From Candidatus Latescibacterota bacterium (GTDB lineage: Bacteria > Latescibacterota > UBA2968): a stretch of DNA of 64,000 nt. Below, one piece after another: positions 40,471-49,507 of this stretch (position 1 is its first letter; every line of letters starts with the position of its first letter). Where the stretch lies: the NCBI GenBank assembly GCA_965207885.1, contig OZ242311.1, positions 1,632,001 through 1,696,000 of the forward strand, written 5' to 3'. The translations under genes were made by a program, and so were the position numbers. Below the pieces are notes generated by a model that saw only the letters and a program-made list of their open reading frames with translations, made no database searches and was not told the origin of the DNA.

Positions 40471-41237
40471 GTTGATCCCAATCCAAACAAAGCCTGAGCA
40501 TTTTGCGTCGTCTGCCGACAAACATCTTCAGTATCCCCGCATCCTGCATCGGCCAGATACTCGGCGACATAGCGCACATAAGCTGGCTCATTGCGCTTGC
40601 CGCGTTTTGGCGCCGGTGCCAGAAACGGACAATCCGTCTCCAAAAGCAACCGCTCAGCGGGCACATCTAATGCAACCTCCAACGCACCCGAATTTTTGAA
40701 AGTAACAATACCGCCAAACCCCAGATAAAAATTGAGATCCACCGCGCGCTTGGCTCCTTCGACATCCCCGCCAAAACAATGCATCACACCGCCCACATCG
40801 GATCCACCTTCTTCCTCCAACACATCTAACACCCGCGTTTCAGCACCCCGACTGTGAATAATCAGCGGCAGGCCCATCTCTCTCGCCAGACGAATATGTG
40901 CCCGAAACGCCCGTTCCTGAACCTCGCGCGGCGCGTAATCGCGATAAAAATCCAGCCCAGTCTCGCCAACCGCAACAACCCTGTGATGCTTCAAAAGCGC
41001 GGGCAACTTTTTCAAAGCCGCTTCATCCGCCTTCGCAGAATCCGACGGATGAAACCCCGCCGAAGCAAAAACATCGTCCCGCGCCTCAGCAAGAGCGATA
41101 GCCGCGCGGCTCGTATCCAAATTTGTACCCACATTCACAATCTGCCCCACCCCCGCGGCTCGCGCCCGGGCAAGCAAATCGTCCAGATCCTTCCTGAATT
41201 GTGGAAACATCAAATGAGCGTGTGAATCGACAAGCAT
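40467..41237 (-). CDS. tatD: TatD family nuclease
   Basis: DSHAHL, GFHP, GETGLD, IIHSR, MHCF, ETDCPFL. Confidence 0.95.
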   Translation of the reverse strand: MLVDSHAHLMFPQFRKDLDDLLARARAAGVGQIVNVGTNLDTSRAAIALAEARDDVFASAGFHPSDSAKADEAALKKLPALLKHHRVVAVGETGLDFYRDYAPREVQERAFRAHIRLAREMGLPLIIHSRGAETRVLDVLEEEGGSDVGGVMHCFGGDVEGAKRAVDLNFYLGFGGIVTFKNSGALEVALDVPAERLLLETDCPFLAPAPKRGKRNEPAYVRYVAEYLADAGCGDTEDVCRQTTQNAQALFGLGST

Positions 41238-41312
41238 GGAAAAATCCTGAAAATCGAAATAATAGGTCTAGCAAAAAAGTTTGTTTATGAACTTAATCCA
41301 GAAGGCTTTGGC

Positions 41313-41345
41313 TGTCATCGCGGCATGGTGTTAGCCGCGATCCAG
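41313..41345. repeat. Palindromic element (RPE/REP-like)
   Basis: TGTC-ATCGCGGC-ATGGTGTTA-GCCGCGAT-CCAG; perfect 8-bp stem inside a TGTCAT...GATCCAG frame. Confidence 0.5.
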
Positions 41346-41373
41346 AGTTTTTTTTAAGACCAATAGTCTATAA

Positions 41374-41781
41374 TCATGTCAATGCGGCGTAATCATATAC
41401 AGGTGTCTCAATCGTGCGAACGGGTTGACATCTTTCCCAAACCGCCTGTTGCAAACATTCGACAGTCTCTGGAGAAAAGAATCTTTCCCCCGTCTCAACA
41501 TTGACCCGAGCAGGAACATCTTCAATAATAACAAACCGCCCATTGACTTCAATGCTATATGTAACGTTCATCTCAACCACGGCTACGACCAATGCCTCAA
41601 AGTGTTCATCGGGAACTGGCAATCCATCTTCTTCAAGAGAGAGAACATATCCCTCAATGGCCTCTTTGATATTGGCGACAGCTTCCGGTTTTGTTTTTCC
41701 CTGACTGATACAACCTGGCAAGCTGGGGCATTCAGCGACCCAATAGCCATCTTCGCCCGGATAAATAATCACTTGTCTCAT
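41374..41781 (-). CDS. HicB-like antitoxin fused in frame to a YgiT/MqsA-type domain (chimera; no toxin adjacent)
   Basis: aa 1-68: YWVAECPSLPGCISQG.T..EA..NIKEAI (HicB); remainder: VTYSIEVNGRFVIIEDVPARVNVETGERFFSPET (YgiT-like). Confidence 0.7.
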   Translation of the reverse strand: MRQVIIYPGEDGYWVAECPSLPGCISQGKTKPEAVANIKEAIEGYVLSLEEDGLPVPDEHFEALVVAVVEMNVTYSIEVNGRFVIIEDVPARVNVETGERFFSPETVECLQQAVWERCQPVRTIETPVYDYAALT

Positions 41782-41837
41782 TGTTTTGCCACCGTTCTGT
41801 CTAACATTTGGGTACAACTTATGTCATTCCCTACTTT

Positions 41838-42383
41838 TTATTTATGCACCGCCATCCACGCCTGTCGGATCAGTTGGAACCGCCGTGCGGGTTCGTTTTT
41901 AAACTTAGAACTATTATATAGGAACCCATCCATCTCCTGAAACCCATTCTTCTCCAGAACACGAGCAGAAGCCGGATTGCGCTTCAGGCAAGCCGAATGA
42001 ACAATCTCCATGCCGAGTTCACAGAACGCGTAGTTTAGCGCGAGAGCGACAGCCCTGGTAGTGATTCCCTTGCCCCAATGGGATGATGCGATTCCGTAAT
42101 CACATCGGGCGCTACGTTTTTCGTAATCAACTGCCCCGAGTTCTACCACGCCAATCATATCGCCATCTGCAACAATAGCAAAATAGAAAGCCTCTCGATT
42201 TCTGTGTGCTCTAACGCCTTTCCTGACGAAAGTTTCTCCGCCATTTTCTGGATATGGTTGGGGTATAGTAGTAGTACGCGCAACGCGCTCATCAGAGGCA
42301 TAGCGCTGTACTGCTGCTGCATCGCTGAACCGCAATAGGCGAATTTTAACCTCTACTTGCTCCCTAATTAACCTCTGCCCCAT
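41838..42383 (-). CDS. RimJ/RimL-type GNAT acetyltransferase (start uncertain)
   Basis: IPQPYP, Y.I...HWGKGI.T.A, NPASARVLEKNGF. Confidence 0.85.
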   Translation of the reverse strand: MGQRLIREQVEVKIRLLRFSDAAAVQRYASDERVARTTTIPQPYPENGGETFVRKGVRAHRNREAFYFAIVADGDMIGVVELGAVDYEKRSARCDYGIASSHWGKGITTRAVALALNYAFCELGMEIVHSACLKRNPASARVLEKNGFQEMDGFLYNSSKFKNEPARRFQLIRQAWMAVHK

Positions 42384-44250
42384 CGCTAATCTCACTATCT
42401 GGTGTCACGAGTGTGAGGCCGTTATCGTCGGCAGCAGCCAGCAGCATACCCTGGGACTCGACACCGCGAATAGTCGCTGGCTCCAGATTGGCAACCACCA
42501 CAATCTGCTGTCCCACGAGTGCCTCCGGCTCGTAAAACTCGGCAATCCCGGCAACGATCTGGCGCTGCTCATCGCCCAAACTGATCTGCAACTGCAACAG
42601 GCGATCCGCCCCCTTCACGCGCTCGGCCGCGTCAATTTTTGCCACGCGCAATTTGAGCTTCTGAAAATCTGAAAAAGAAATCAACTCTTCTTCTGGTCTT
42701 TCCTCTGCCACATTGACCTCCTCAATACGCGGGAACACTGGATCGCCAGGTGCAACCTTCAAATTGGCGTCCAGACCTCCCCATGTTTTTAAATCATCCA
42801 AATGAACATCTTCCGGCGAACCCTTTGCACCGAGTTGTCGCCAAATCTCACAGGCCTTTGAGGGAATCACTGGAAACAGCAATACAGATAGTTGCCGCAT
42901 AGTCTCCAGCAACGCGTAAATCGTCACCTCAAGCTCGGCCCTCTTGCTCACATCCTTCACCAAATTCCAGGGTGCCTGCACCTCGACAAACCGATTGGCC
43001 TCCCGCACCAATCGCCAAACCGCATCCAGCACCGCATTGGGATTCATCTCATCAATAGCTTTGCCCACCGCATTGAGCGTCTCATCCGTCTGCGCTTTCA
43101 AAGCGTCGAGCGCAGCGTGGTCGCCATCAACAGCAGGCACAACCCCATCCAAATATCGCGCAGCCATCACCACCGAGCGATTCAGCAAATTGCCCAACTC
43201 ATTGGCCAACTCGGTATTATAACGCTGAACAAAAGCCTCTTCGCTAAAATCGCTATCTTGCCCCAGCGTCATATCGCGCACCAGAAAATACCGAAACGCA
43301 TCCACCCCGTATTTATCCGCCAGATCCAGAGGCCGAATCGCATTGCCCAGCGACTTCCCCATCTTTGTCTCATCCACGAGCCAAAAACCATGCCCCATAA
43401 TCGTTTTGGGCAATGGCACACCTATCGCCTTGAGCATCGTGGGCCAATACACGCAATGCGTGGTCAAAATATCCTTGCCAATCAAATGACAAGACGCCTG
43501 CCACCAGTGCTCAAAACGCGCATCATCGGCGATATAACCCGGTGCCGTGATATAATTGATCAGCGCATCGAACCAAACATAACAAACATAATCGTCATCA
43601 AAAGGAAGCGGAATCCCCCATTCCAAACGCGACCTGGGACGAGAAATACACAGATCGCCCAACGGTTGGCGCAAAAATCCGAGGATCTCGTTGCGCCGTT
43701 TTTCCGGCCGAATAAAATTGGGATGTGTCTCGATATACTCAATGAGCCAGTCCTGATATTTACTCATTTTAAAAAAGTAATTCTTCTCCGAAATTTTCAC
43801 CGTAGGCCGACCGCAATCCGGACAATTACCATCAACCAGATCCTTTTCCGTCCAGAACCGCTCGTCCGGAATACAATACCAGCCCTCGTAATTATCGGAA
43901 TAAATCTCGCCCGCATCGTAAATGCGTTGCAAAATCTCGGAGACAACGCGCTTGTGCCGCGCTTCGGTTGTGCGAATAAAATCATCGTTAGAAATATTTA
44001 AGACCTCCCACAACGCCTGAAATCGCACCACCATCTCATCTGCCTGTGCCTGCGGCGACAAATCGCGTTTTTTCGCCGCCTCATCCACTTTCTGCCCGTG
44101 CTCATCCGTACCCGTCAAAAACAACACATCATCGCCTGCCAGACGGTGAAAACGCGACAGCACATCAGCCATAATCGTCGTGTATGCATGCCCAATATGG
44201 GGTTCATCGTTGACGTAATAAATCGGTGTTGTAATATAAAATGTGCCCAT
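42364..44250 (-). CDS. metG: Methionine-tRNA ligase with C-terminal tRNA-binding domain
   Basis: YITTPIYYVN..PHIGH, GTDEHG, YVWFDAL, KMGKS, NL.P...RG..SQGM. Confidence 0.98.
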   Translation of the reverse strand: MGTFYITTPIYYVNDEPHIGHAYTTIMADVLSRFHRLAGDDVLFLTGTDEHGQKVDEAAKKRDLSPQAQADEMVVRFQALWEVLNISNDDFIRTTEARHKRVVSEILQRIYDAGEIYSDNYEGWYCIPDERFWTEKDLVDGNCPDCGRPTVKISEKNYFFKMSKYQDWLIEYIETHPNFIRPEKRRNEILGFLRQPLGDLCISRPRSRLEWGIPLPFDDDYVCYVWFDALINYITAPGYIADDARFEHWWQASCHLIGKDILTTHCVYWPTMLKAIGVPLPKTIMGHGFWLVDETKMGKSLGNAIRPLDLADKYGVDAFRYFLVRDMTLGQDSDFSEEAFVQRYNTELANELGNLLNRSVVMAARYLDGVVPAVDGDHAALDALKAQTDETLNAVGKAIDEMNPNAVLDAVWRLVREANRFVEVQAPWNLVKDVSKRAELEVTIYALLETMRQLSVLLFPVIPSKACEIWRQLGAKGSPEDVHLDDLKTWGGLDANLKVAPGDPVFPRIEEVNVAEERPEEELISFSDFQKLKLRVAKIDAAERVKGADRLLQLQISLGDEQRQIVAGIAEFYEPEALVGQQIVVVANLEPATIRGVESQGMLLAAADDNGLTLVTPDSEISDGAEVN

Positions 44251-44264
44251 TTTTCTACACCCAC

Positions 44265-45353
44265 TCAAAAAGACCTGATCTGTCGCCAGAGCGAAATCAA
44301 GCCCAGATTCATATTTACATTGCGGTGATTCATCTCCCGCAGAGATTCAATCTTTTTTACTGTTGCGGCGAGTTGGTCCAGATCAAAAACCTCTGCCAAA
44401 CGCCCGACATTGACCTCCTGCGCGGCATTGGCTATACAATCACCCCGACCACATTGCAGCAACAGCGCGTCCCTGAGCCAGATTTCTGCACCTGCCAAAA
44501 TATCCAACGCCTCTTGTCGGTCGAGTTTTGCCAGTGCTTCAAACGTGCGCTCCTCCTGCTCCCACAACAACGCTTCCAAAAACTTGAAAGATCTATCTTG
44601 CCTATCTGCGATATGGCCATCGGTCATATCCAATGCCCTGCGCAAGTCGCCGCCACACGTGCGTGCAATAAAATCTGCCGTTGTCTCATCAACGCCCCTC
44701 GCCGTCAACCCAACACTGATATCCTGAGCCGAAAGCGCGGGAAATTTCACAAACTGACACCGCGACACAATGGTGGGCAACAACGCATCGCCATGGGACG
44801 CAATCAAAATCATCAGCGACCGAACAGGCGGTTCCTCCAGAGTTTTCAACATAGCGTTGGCCGCCTCTGCGCGCATTTGATCCGCGTGTAAAATAAGCGT
44901 CGTGCGCCAGCCCCCCGCAAAAGCACTGTGCGTAAACTGCCGCTGCATCTCCCGAACGCGATCAATAGCAATCGCTGCATTGTCATCGGGCAATGAATAG
45001 TGATAAGGCGATTGCCATACCTGAAACAGTGCAGCTTGCCTATCTTCCTCTTTCACGCGAGAGGTAAAAGGAAAGAGCAACGCACTATCCGGATGATTGA
45101 GATTTGTCACCTTGTGGCAGGCAGCGCAACGTCCACAGGCCACAGCAGCATTTCCCTGACAATGCAATGCCTGCACAAAATCCAATGCCGCAGCCACTGC
45201 ACCCGTGCCAGAAGTGCCCAAAAACAACAACGCGTGCGGGACTCGATCTCTTTCAATCAATTCGGTCAAAAACCGAACCGCTCGCTCCTGTCCGATCACC
45301 CGTTCCAAGTATCGCCTCTCAATATGAAAAGCCGCTGGAACGGAACATTCCAA
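44265..45353 (-). CDS. holB: DNA polymerase III delta-prime subunit
   Basis: HALLF.G, CG.C.AC, NHPD, AANAMLKTLEEPP, LLPTIVSRCQ. Confidence 0.92.
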   Translation of the reverse strand: MECSVPAAFHIERRYLERVIGQERAVRFLTELIERDRVPHALLFLGTSGTGAVAAALDFVQALHCQGNAAVACGRCAACHKVTNLNHPDSALLFPFTSRVKEEDRQAALFQVWQSPYHYSLPDDNAAIAIDRVREMQRQFTHSAFAGGWRTTLILHADQMRAEAANAMLKTLEEPPVRSLMILIASHGDALLPTIVSRCQFVKFPALSAQDISVGLTARGVDETTADFIARTCGGDLRRALDMTDGHIADRQDRSFKFLEALLWEQEERTFEALAKLDRQEALDILAGAEIWLRDALLLQCGRGDCIANAAQEVNVGRLAEVFDLDQLAATVKKIESLREMNHRNVNMNLGLISLWRQIRSF

Positions 45354-45365
45354 CGGCTTTTTTTA

Positions 45366-45514
45366 TGCAAACGACTAAAATGATCCGCTATCCATGCTCC
45401 TGCTCACAATGGGAATGTACAACACGAGTAGCCCGTACAACGACGGGCATCGGCATTTGCATTGTTGGCACAAAAAACAACATGGAACGGCTCCATAATC
45501 AAAAGTATATTACA
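45366..45514 (-). ncRNA. Candidate rod-like structured RNA (holB leader or independent sRNA)
   Basis: Nested complementary blocks around the GCCCGU/ACGGGC apex, folded by eye; starts just downstream of a near-consensus promoter. Confidence 0.4.
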
Positions 45515-45525
45515 ACGCGATGAAA

Positions 45526-45554
45526 ATAATATACCTTATCCATCCATTTGTCAA
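45526..45554 (-). promoter_or_regulatory. sigma70 promoter towards holB
   Basis: TTGACA-17nt-TATTAT. Confidence 0.75.
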
Positions 45555-45589
45555 GATTTTATTATTCAAATAGTTTTACCCCTAAACTG

Positions 45590-45618
45590 TTGACACTTGC
45601 GATACAATTTTTTAAGTT
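45590..45618 (+). promoter_or_regulatory. sigma70 promoter of the GroES-like gene
   Basis: TTGACA-17nt-TAAGTT. Confidence 0.65.
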
Positions 45619-45669
45619 TCACAAATAATTGTTCAGATGTGTGACGGACTCATTGAGCGAGAAAATGCA

Positions 45670-46089
45670 ATGCAAATAGGAAACAAAGAACTCGTCGTTA
45701 TTGGCGACCGCGTTTTGGTCAAACGAGAAGATTTGGAAGAGCGAACCAAAGTGGGGCTTTATTTGCCTCAAACCGTAGTCGAAAAAGAGGAAGTACAGAG
45801 CGGTCGCATTATGGCCACAGGCCCTGGTCTGCCGCTGCCAGAAACGCCCGAAGACGATGAACCCTGGCGCAATTCTCCAAAAGAACCGCGGTATTTGCCC
45901 CTGCAAGTTGAGAAAGGCGATTTTGCCTTATTTTTGCAAAAAGCCGCGATGGAGATCTCTTTTGAAGGGAAGAAATATCTCATTGTGCCCCAGGCGTCCA
46001 TTCTGGTAGTGATTCGAGAGTCGGATACCATAGTAGGCGAAGACGAGGTATTGGATGAACTGGAGGGTTTGGACGACCTCGACCTGTAA
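45670..46089 (+). CDS. Orphan GroES-like co-chaperonin
   Basis: GDRVLVK, T..GLYLP, G.I.ATGPG, V..GD..LF, EGKKYLIV....IL; internal insertion and acidic tail. Confidence 0.85.
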   Translation: MQIGNKELVVIGDRVLVKREDLEERTKVGLYLPQTVVEKEEVQSGRIMATGPGLPLPETPEDDEPWRNSPKEPRYLPLQVEKGDFALFLQKAAMEISFEGKKYLIVPQASILVVIRESDTIVGEDEVLDELEGLDDLDL

Positions 46090-46108
46090 TGGTTTTGTGA
46101 AAGTTCAC

Positions 46109-46138
46109 AAAAAAAGCCGCTGATTTGGCGGCTTTTTT
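46109..46138. terminator. Bidirectional intrinsic terminator
   Basis: A7-GCCGCT-GATTT-GGCGGC-T6. Confidence 0.88.
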
Positions 46139-46146
46139 ATTTTAAC

Positions 46147-47085
46147 TCACTGTTTCGCCTGTGCCTCAGTATCCGATCTGGCACATCGAAAACCCAGAGA
46201 AGGATAGGTTTTATCGGGCTTTTCACCTCGCCGTCGGGCCATATGAATATGGGGGGCACTCCAGCCTCCACCCCTTATAACGCGCTTTTTTCCAGCCTCG
46301 GGTCCCGTGGGATTATGGAGCGGAGAGACGCGGTAATATCCTTCGTCAAACCAATCCCAGCACCACTCCCATACATTGCCCGACATATCGAGCAAGCCTT
46401 CACTGGTAGCACCTTCGGGGAAGGCCCCCACAGGCAATGGGCGCCGGTTCCGAGTCTCTCGGGTATTTGCTCGCGTGACGTCAAAACGGTCGCCCCAGGG
46501 ATAAAGACGGCTTTGTGCCCCTCGTGCTGCGCGTTCCCACTCTGCTTCAGTGGGCAGTCGTTTGCCCTTCCATGAACAATAGGCATTGGCGTCATCCCAC
46601 GAAACACCCACAACGGGTTGGTTGGGATCGTTGTATTTGGCTTCGCCCCAATACCGGGGAGCCGAATGCCCTGTGCTCGTCACAAATTCGCGGTACTGAG
46701 TATTGGTTACTTCGCGTGTGTCAACCCAGTACGCATCGAGATAAACCTTGTGTACAGGCGCATTTTTATCTCGAGTATCTCCCATGAGAAAATCGCCTGC
46801 GGGAATTTGCACTTCCATTTTACCTGTACTATCGGAAGACACAGCCGTGCGGGATCTTGGCTGTTCAAAAGGAGAACGTCCATCAATCGTCTTGATACTC
46901 AACTTGGAAATTTCAATCCGACTGGAAGAGAGCTGAAGCGTAATAGAAGTCGCGGTCTCCCGAACCAGTTCGCCTCGCACAACGCGACCCGATTTGAGAA
47001 CGACTTCAACGGCCTCAGTTGTATCGACCAGGCCAGATAACACCCCAAATACGATCAAAAATACTCCCATAATATACCGCCGCAT
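46147..47085 (-). CDS. Secreted FGE-sulfatase (SUMF1/EgtB/PvdO) domain protein
   Basis: Signal peptide; F.MGD, EVTN.QY, PVVGVSW.DA..YC, RLPTEAEWE.AARG, DMSGNVWEW, GFRCA; lacks the catalytic Cys pair of FGE. Confidence 0.9.
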   Translation of the reverse strand: MRRYIMGVFLIVFGVLSGLVDTTEAVEVVLKSGRVVRGELVRETATSITLQLSSSRIEISKLSIKTIDGRSPFEQPRSRTAVSSDSTGKMEVQIPAGDFLMGDTRDKNAPVHKVYLDAYWVDTREVTNTQYREFVTSTGHSAPRYWGEAKYNDPNQPVVGVSWDDANAYCSWKGKRLPTEAEWERAARGAQSRLYPWGDRFDVTRANTRETRNRRPLPVGAFPEGATSEGLLDMSGNVWEWCWDWFDEGYYRVSPLHNPTGPEAGKKRVIRGGGWSAPHIHMARRRGEKPDKTYPSLGFRCARSDTEAQAKQ

Positions 47086-47193
47086 TTTGCCTCCTTGGCG
47101 ATTGGATTATCGCTTTCTGGTTGCGACTTTGAAAGTAATCATTTCGCGGTATTTTGTCCAGTCCCGCAAAACATACCCACAATAAGAAAAAAT

Positions 47194-47222
47194 AAAAGCC
47201 CAACCTTAAAAGGCTGGGCTTT
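47194..47222 (-). terminator. Intrinsic terminator after HU
   Basis: AAAAGCCCAACCT-TAAA-AGGCTGGGCTTT. Confidence 0.75.
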
Positions 47223-47249
47223 GCGACGGTTCCCTAAATGCGACAATTG

Positions 47250-47567
47250 CTAAACCATGTCTTTCAGTTTTTTGAGAGCTGAAATTCTTACACCCTGCGA
47301 AGCGGGCTTGGCTGCAATGGTTATTTTTTCGCCAGTGAAGGGATTGACGCCCTCTCGTTCTGCGCGGGCCGGTTTTTCGACCCTTTTGATTTTGAGCAGA
47401 CCAGGCAACACAAATTCACCGACAGAACCTGCTGTGATATGGCTTTCAATGGCACCGTCCAACCCATCGAGAACGCTACCTACATCTTTTTTGCTCAGAC
47501 CAGTGCTTTCTGCGATCGCGCTTACAATCTGGGCTTTGCTCCATCGTTTTGTTACAGCTTGCGACAT
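47250..47567 (-). CDS. hup: HU-family DNA-binding protein
   Basis: SKAQIVSAIAESTGLSKKDV, LPGL.K, AREGVNPFTGEKITIAAKPA. Confidence 0.92.
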   Translation of the reverse strand: MSQAVTKRWSKAQIVSAIAESTGLSKKDVGSVLDGLDGAIESHITAGSVGEFVLPGLLKIKRVEKPARAEREGVNPFTGEKITIAAKPASQGVRISALKKLKDMV

Positions 47568-47648
47568 AATTCTCTCCCTTTGTGAAAATGGTTATAATCT
47601 CAAACCTAATGCCTCCACGAAGGCAGATAGGTCGAAGGCTATGTCTTA

Positions 47649-47678
47649 ATTATAGTCCAGCATGCTTTAATTTGTCAA
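47649..47678 (-). promoter_or_regulatory. Consensus sigma70 promoter of HU
   Basis: TTGACA-18nt-TATAAT. Confidence 0.8.
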
Positions 47679-47718
47679 GTATAGATTGCCCATTCCCTAT
47701 TTTTTATATCTTTTTAGC

Positions 47719-48702
47719 CTACTCCACCCAAATATCCGGGCGCGTATCCACCCCGTAATTCTCAAATATCGCATCAATAGCACACTTATCGTCTTCGGAT
47801 AACGCCACCTCCAATGCCCCCATATTCGACACCACCTCCTCGGGTTTACGCACGCCAACCAGTGCGGTGCTGATCACGGGGTTGGACAACACCCACGCCA
47901 GCGCGAGGTGATATATAGCTGTACCGCGATCCGCTGCCATCTGTTTTAACGCTTCCACCACCTTCAGATTGCGCGGGAAATTCTCCTCGGTAAACAAAGG
48001 CATATTAAACAACCCACCCTTAGACCGCCAATCTTCTGTCTCAAATGTCGTATTCTCATCAAATGCTCCGGCGAGCAACCCATGCGCGAGAGATCCATAT
48101 CCCATCATCCCAATACCGTGCGTTTCGCAATAGGGAAAAACATCCCTCTCCATGCGCCGATCAAACATGTGATAGCCGTATTGCCCCACATCTACCCGCC
48201 GCGTCTTCATGCACGCATCGATCTCTTCCGCCTTGAAATTCGATACACCTCCAAAACGCACCTTACCCTGCTGAATCAAATCTTCCAGCACCTGCATAGG
48301 CTCTTCAAAAGGCGTGTGCCGATCGGGCCAATGAATCAAATAAACATCGATATAATCCGTATCCAAAAACTGCAAACTATTCTCTACCGACGCCATAATC
48401 CGCTCCCTGCGACTGTCGCGCCCCTTTTCCCGTCCCGAATCCGTATATCCAATACCGACCTTTGTCACCACAATCACATCCTTGCGTCGATTCCCCAGCC
48501 CGCGCGCGAGCAGGGCCTCTGATTTTCCCTTTCCATAGCCCTCGGCCGTATCAAAGCAATTAATCCCCAGATCCAGTGCCTTGTGAATACCCGCAATCAC
48601 TTCGCCTTCATCAAAATAACCATAATTCCCACCGAGTTCCCAGCACCCAAATCCAATCGCCGAAACATCCAAACCGGTCTTCCCAAACGGCCTGTATTCC
48701 AT
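47719..48702 (-). CDS. Aldo/keto reductase
   Basis: IGFGCW, FDTAEGYG.G.SE, TK, DYIDVYLIHWPD, GVSNF. Confidence 0.93.
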   Translation of the reverse strand: MEYRPFGKTGLDVSAIGFGCWELGGNYGYFDEGEVIAGIHKALDLGINCFDTAEGYGKGKSEALLARGLGNRRKDVIVVTKVGIGYTDSGREKGRDSRRERIMASVENSLQFLDTDYIDVYLIHWPDRHTPFEEPMQVLEDLIQQGKVRFGGVSNFKAEEIDACMKTRRVDVGQYGYHMFDRRMERDVFPYCETHGIGMMGYGSLAHGLLAGAFDENTTFETEDWRSKGGLFNMPLFTEENFPRNLKVVEALKQMAADRGTAIYHLALAWVLSNPVISTALVGVRKPEEVVSNMGALEVALSEDDKCAIDAIFENYGVDTRPDIWVE

Positions 48703-48730
48703 ATCAAATCTCCAAAAAAATGTTGTTTAA

Positions 48731-49498
48731 TCACCGCCCCATCCATCCACCATCCACCGTCAAAATCGCACCATTGACATAATTGGCCGCATCCGAACAC
48801 AAAAACACACACGCGCCTTTCAAATCATCCGGCTGTCCCCATCTCCCCTGGGGAATCCGCGTCAAAATTTGCTCGGAACGGACAGAATCATTGCGCAGGG
48901 CCTCGGTATTATCCGTTGCAATATACCCCGGCGCAATAGCATTGACATTCACCCCCTTGCTCGCCCACTCATTTGATAGTGCCATCGTCAAAGTCGCAAT
49001 ACCCCCTTTGGCAGCGGCGTAACCCGGAACTGTAATACCCCCCTGAAAACTCAGCAACGACGCTGTAAAAACAATTTTGCCACCTCCGCGCGCGACCATC
49101 TCTTTGCCAAACTCGCGTGCGAGAACAAATTGGGCATTCAAATTTACCTCAATGACCTCGTCCCAGTATTCATCGGGATGATCCACCGCGGGTTCCCGCA
49201 AAATCGTACCCGCGTTATTCACCAATATATCGACCTGAGCGACATCTGCTTTCACCTGTGCTATAAAAGCCCGCAAAGCATCTCGATCGGAAAAATCACA
49301 CGCATAAGGGAGAAAACTACGGCCCAATGCCGCGACATCCCTTTCTACTTCACTACCCGACGCCAGCGATGCACTCACCCCCACAATATCGGCACCTGCC
49401 TCTGCCAGCCCCTGGGCAAAAGCGCGGCCAATACCGCGCCGACACCCCGTCACCAGTGCAGTCTTACCGCTCAAATCAAACTTATCCAAAATTCCCAT
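48731..49498 (-). CDS. kduD: 2-dehydro-3-deoxy-D-gluconate 5-dehydrogenase-like SDR
   Basis: TG..RGIG, NNAG, ASLLSFQGGI.VPGYAAAKGG, APGYIATDNT, VDGGWMGR. Confidence 0.88.
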   Translation of the reverse strand: MGILDKFDLSGKTALVTGCRRGIGRAFAQGLAEAGADIVGVSASLASGSEVERDVAALGRSFLPYACDFSDRDALRAFIAQVKADVAQVDILVNNAGTILREPAVDHPDEYWDEVIEVNLNAQFVLAREFGKEMVARGGGKIVFTASLLSFQGGITVPGYAAAKGGIATLTMALSNEWASKGVNVNAIAPGYIATDNTEALRNDSVRSEQILTRIPQGRWGQPDDLKGACVFLCSDAANYVNGAILTVDGGWMGR

Positions 49499-49507
49499 CA
49501 CGACTCC

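Noticed and set aside
41799-41805. GTTAGAC (minus strand) as an integron attC core site before the HicB chimera
   Set aside because: No matching RYYYAAC inverse core or attC palindrome, and no integrase in the window
45388-45496. Small minus-strand ORFs (MEPFHVVFC..., MLFFVPTMQ...) upstream of holB
   Set aside because: No recognisable protein features; the extensive self-complementarity is better explained as RNA structure. Not fully excluded
46147-47085. FGE-domain protein as a DGR target or an active formylglycine-generating enzyme
   Set aside because: No reverse transcriptase or template repeat seen in the window, and the catalytic cysteines are absent
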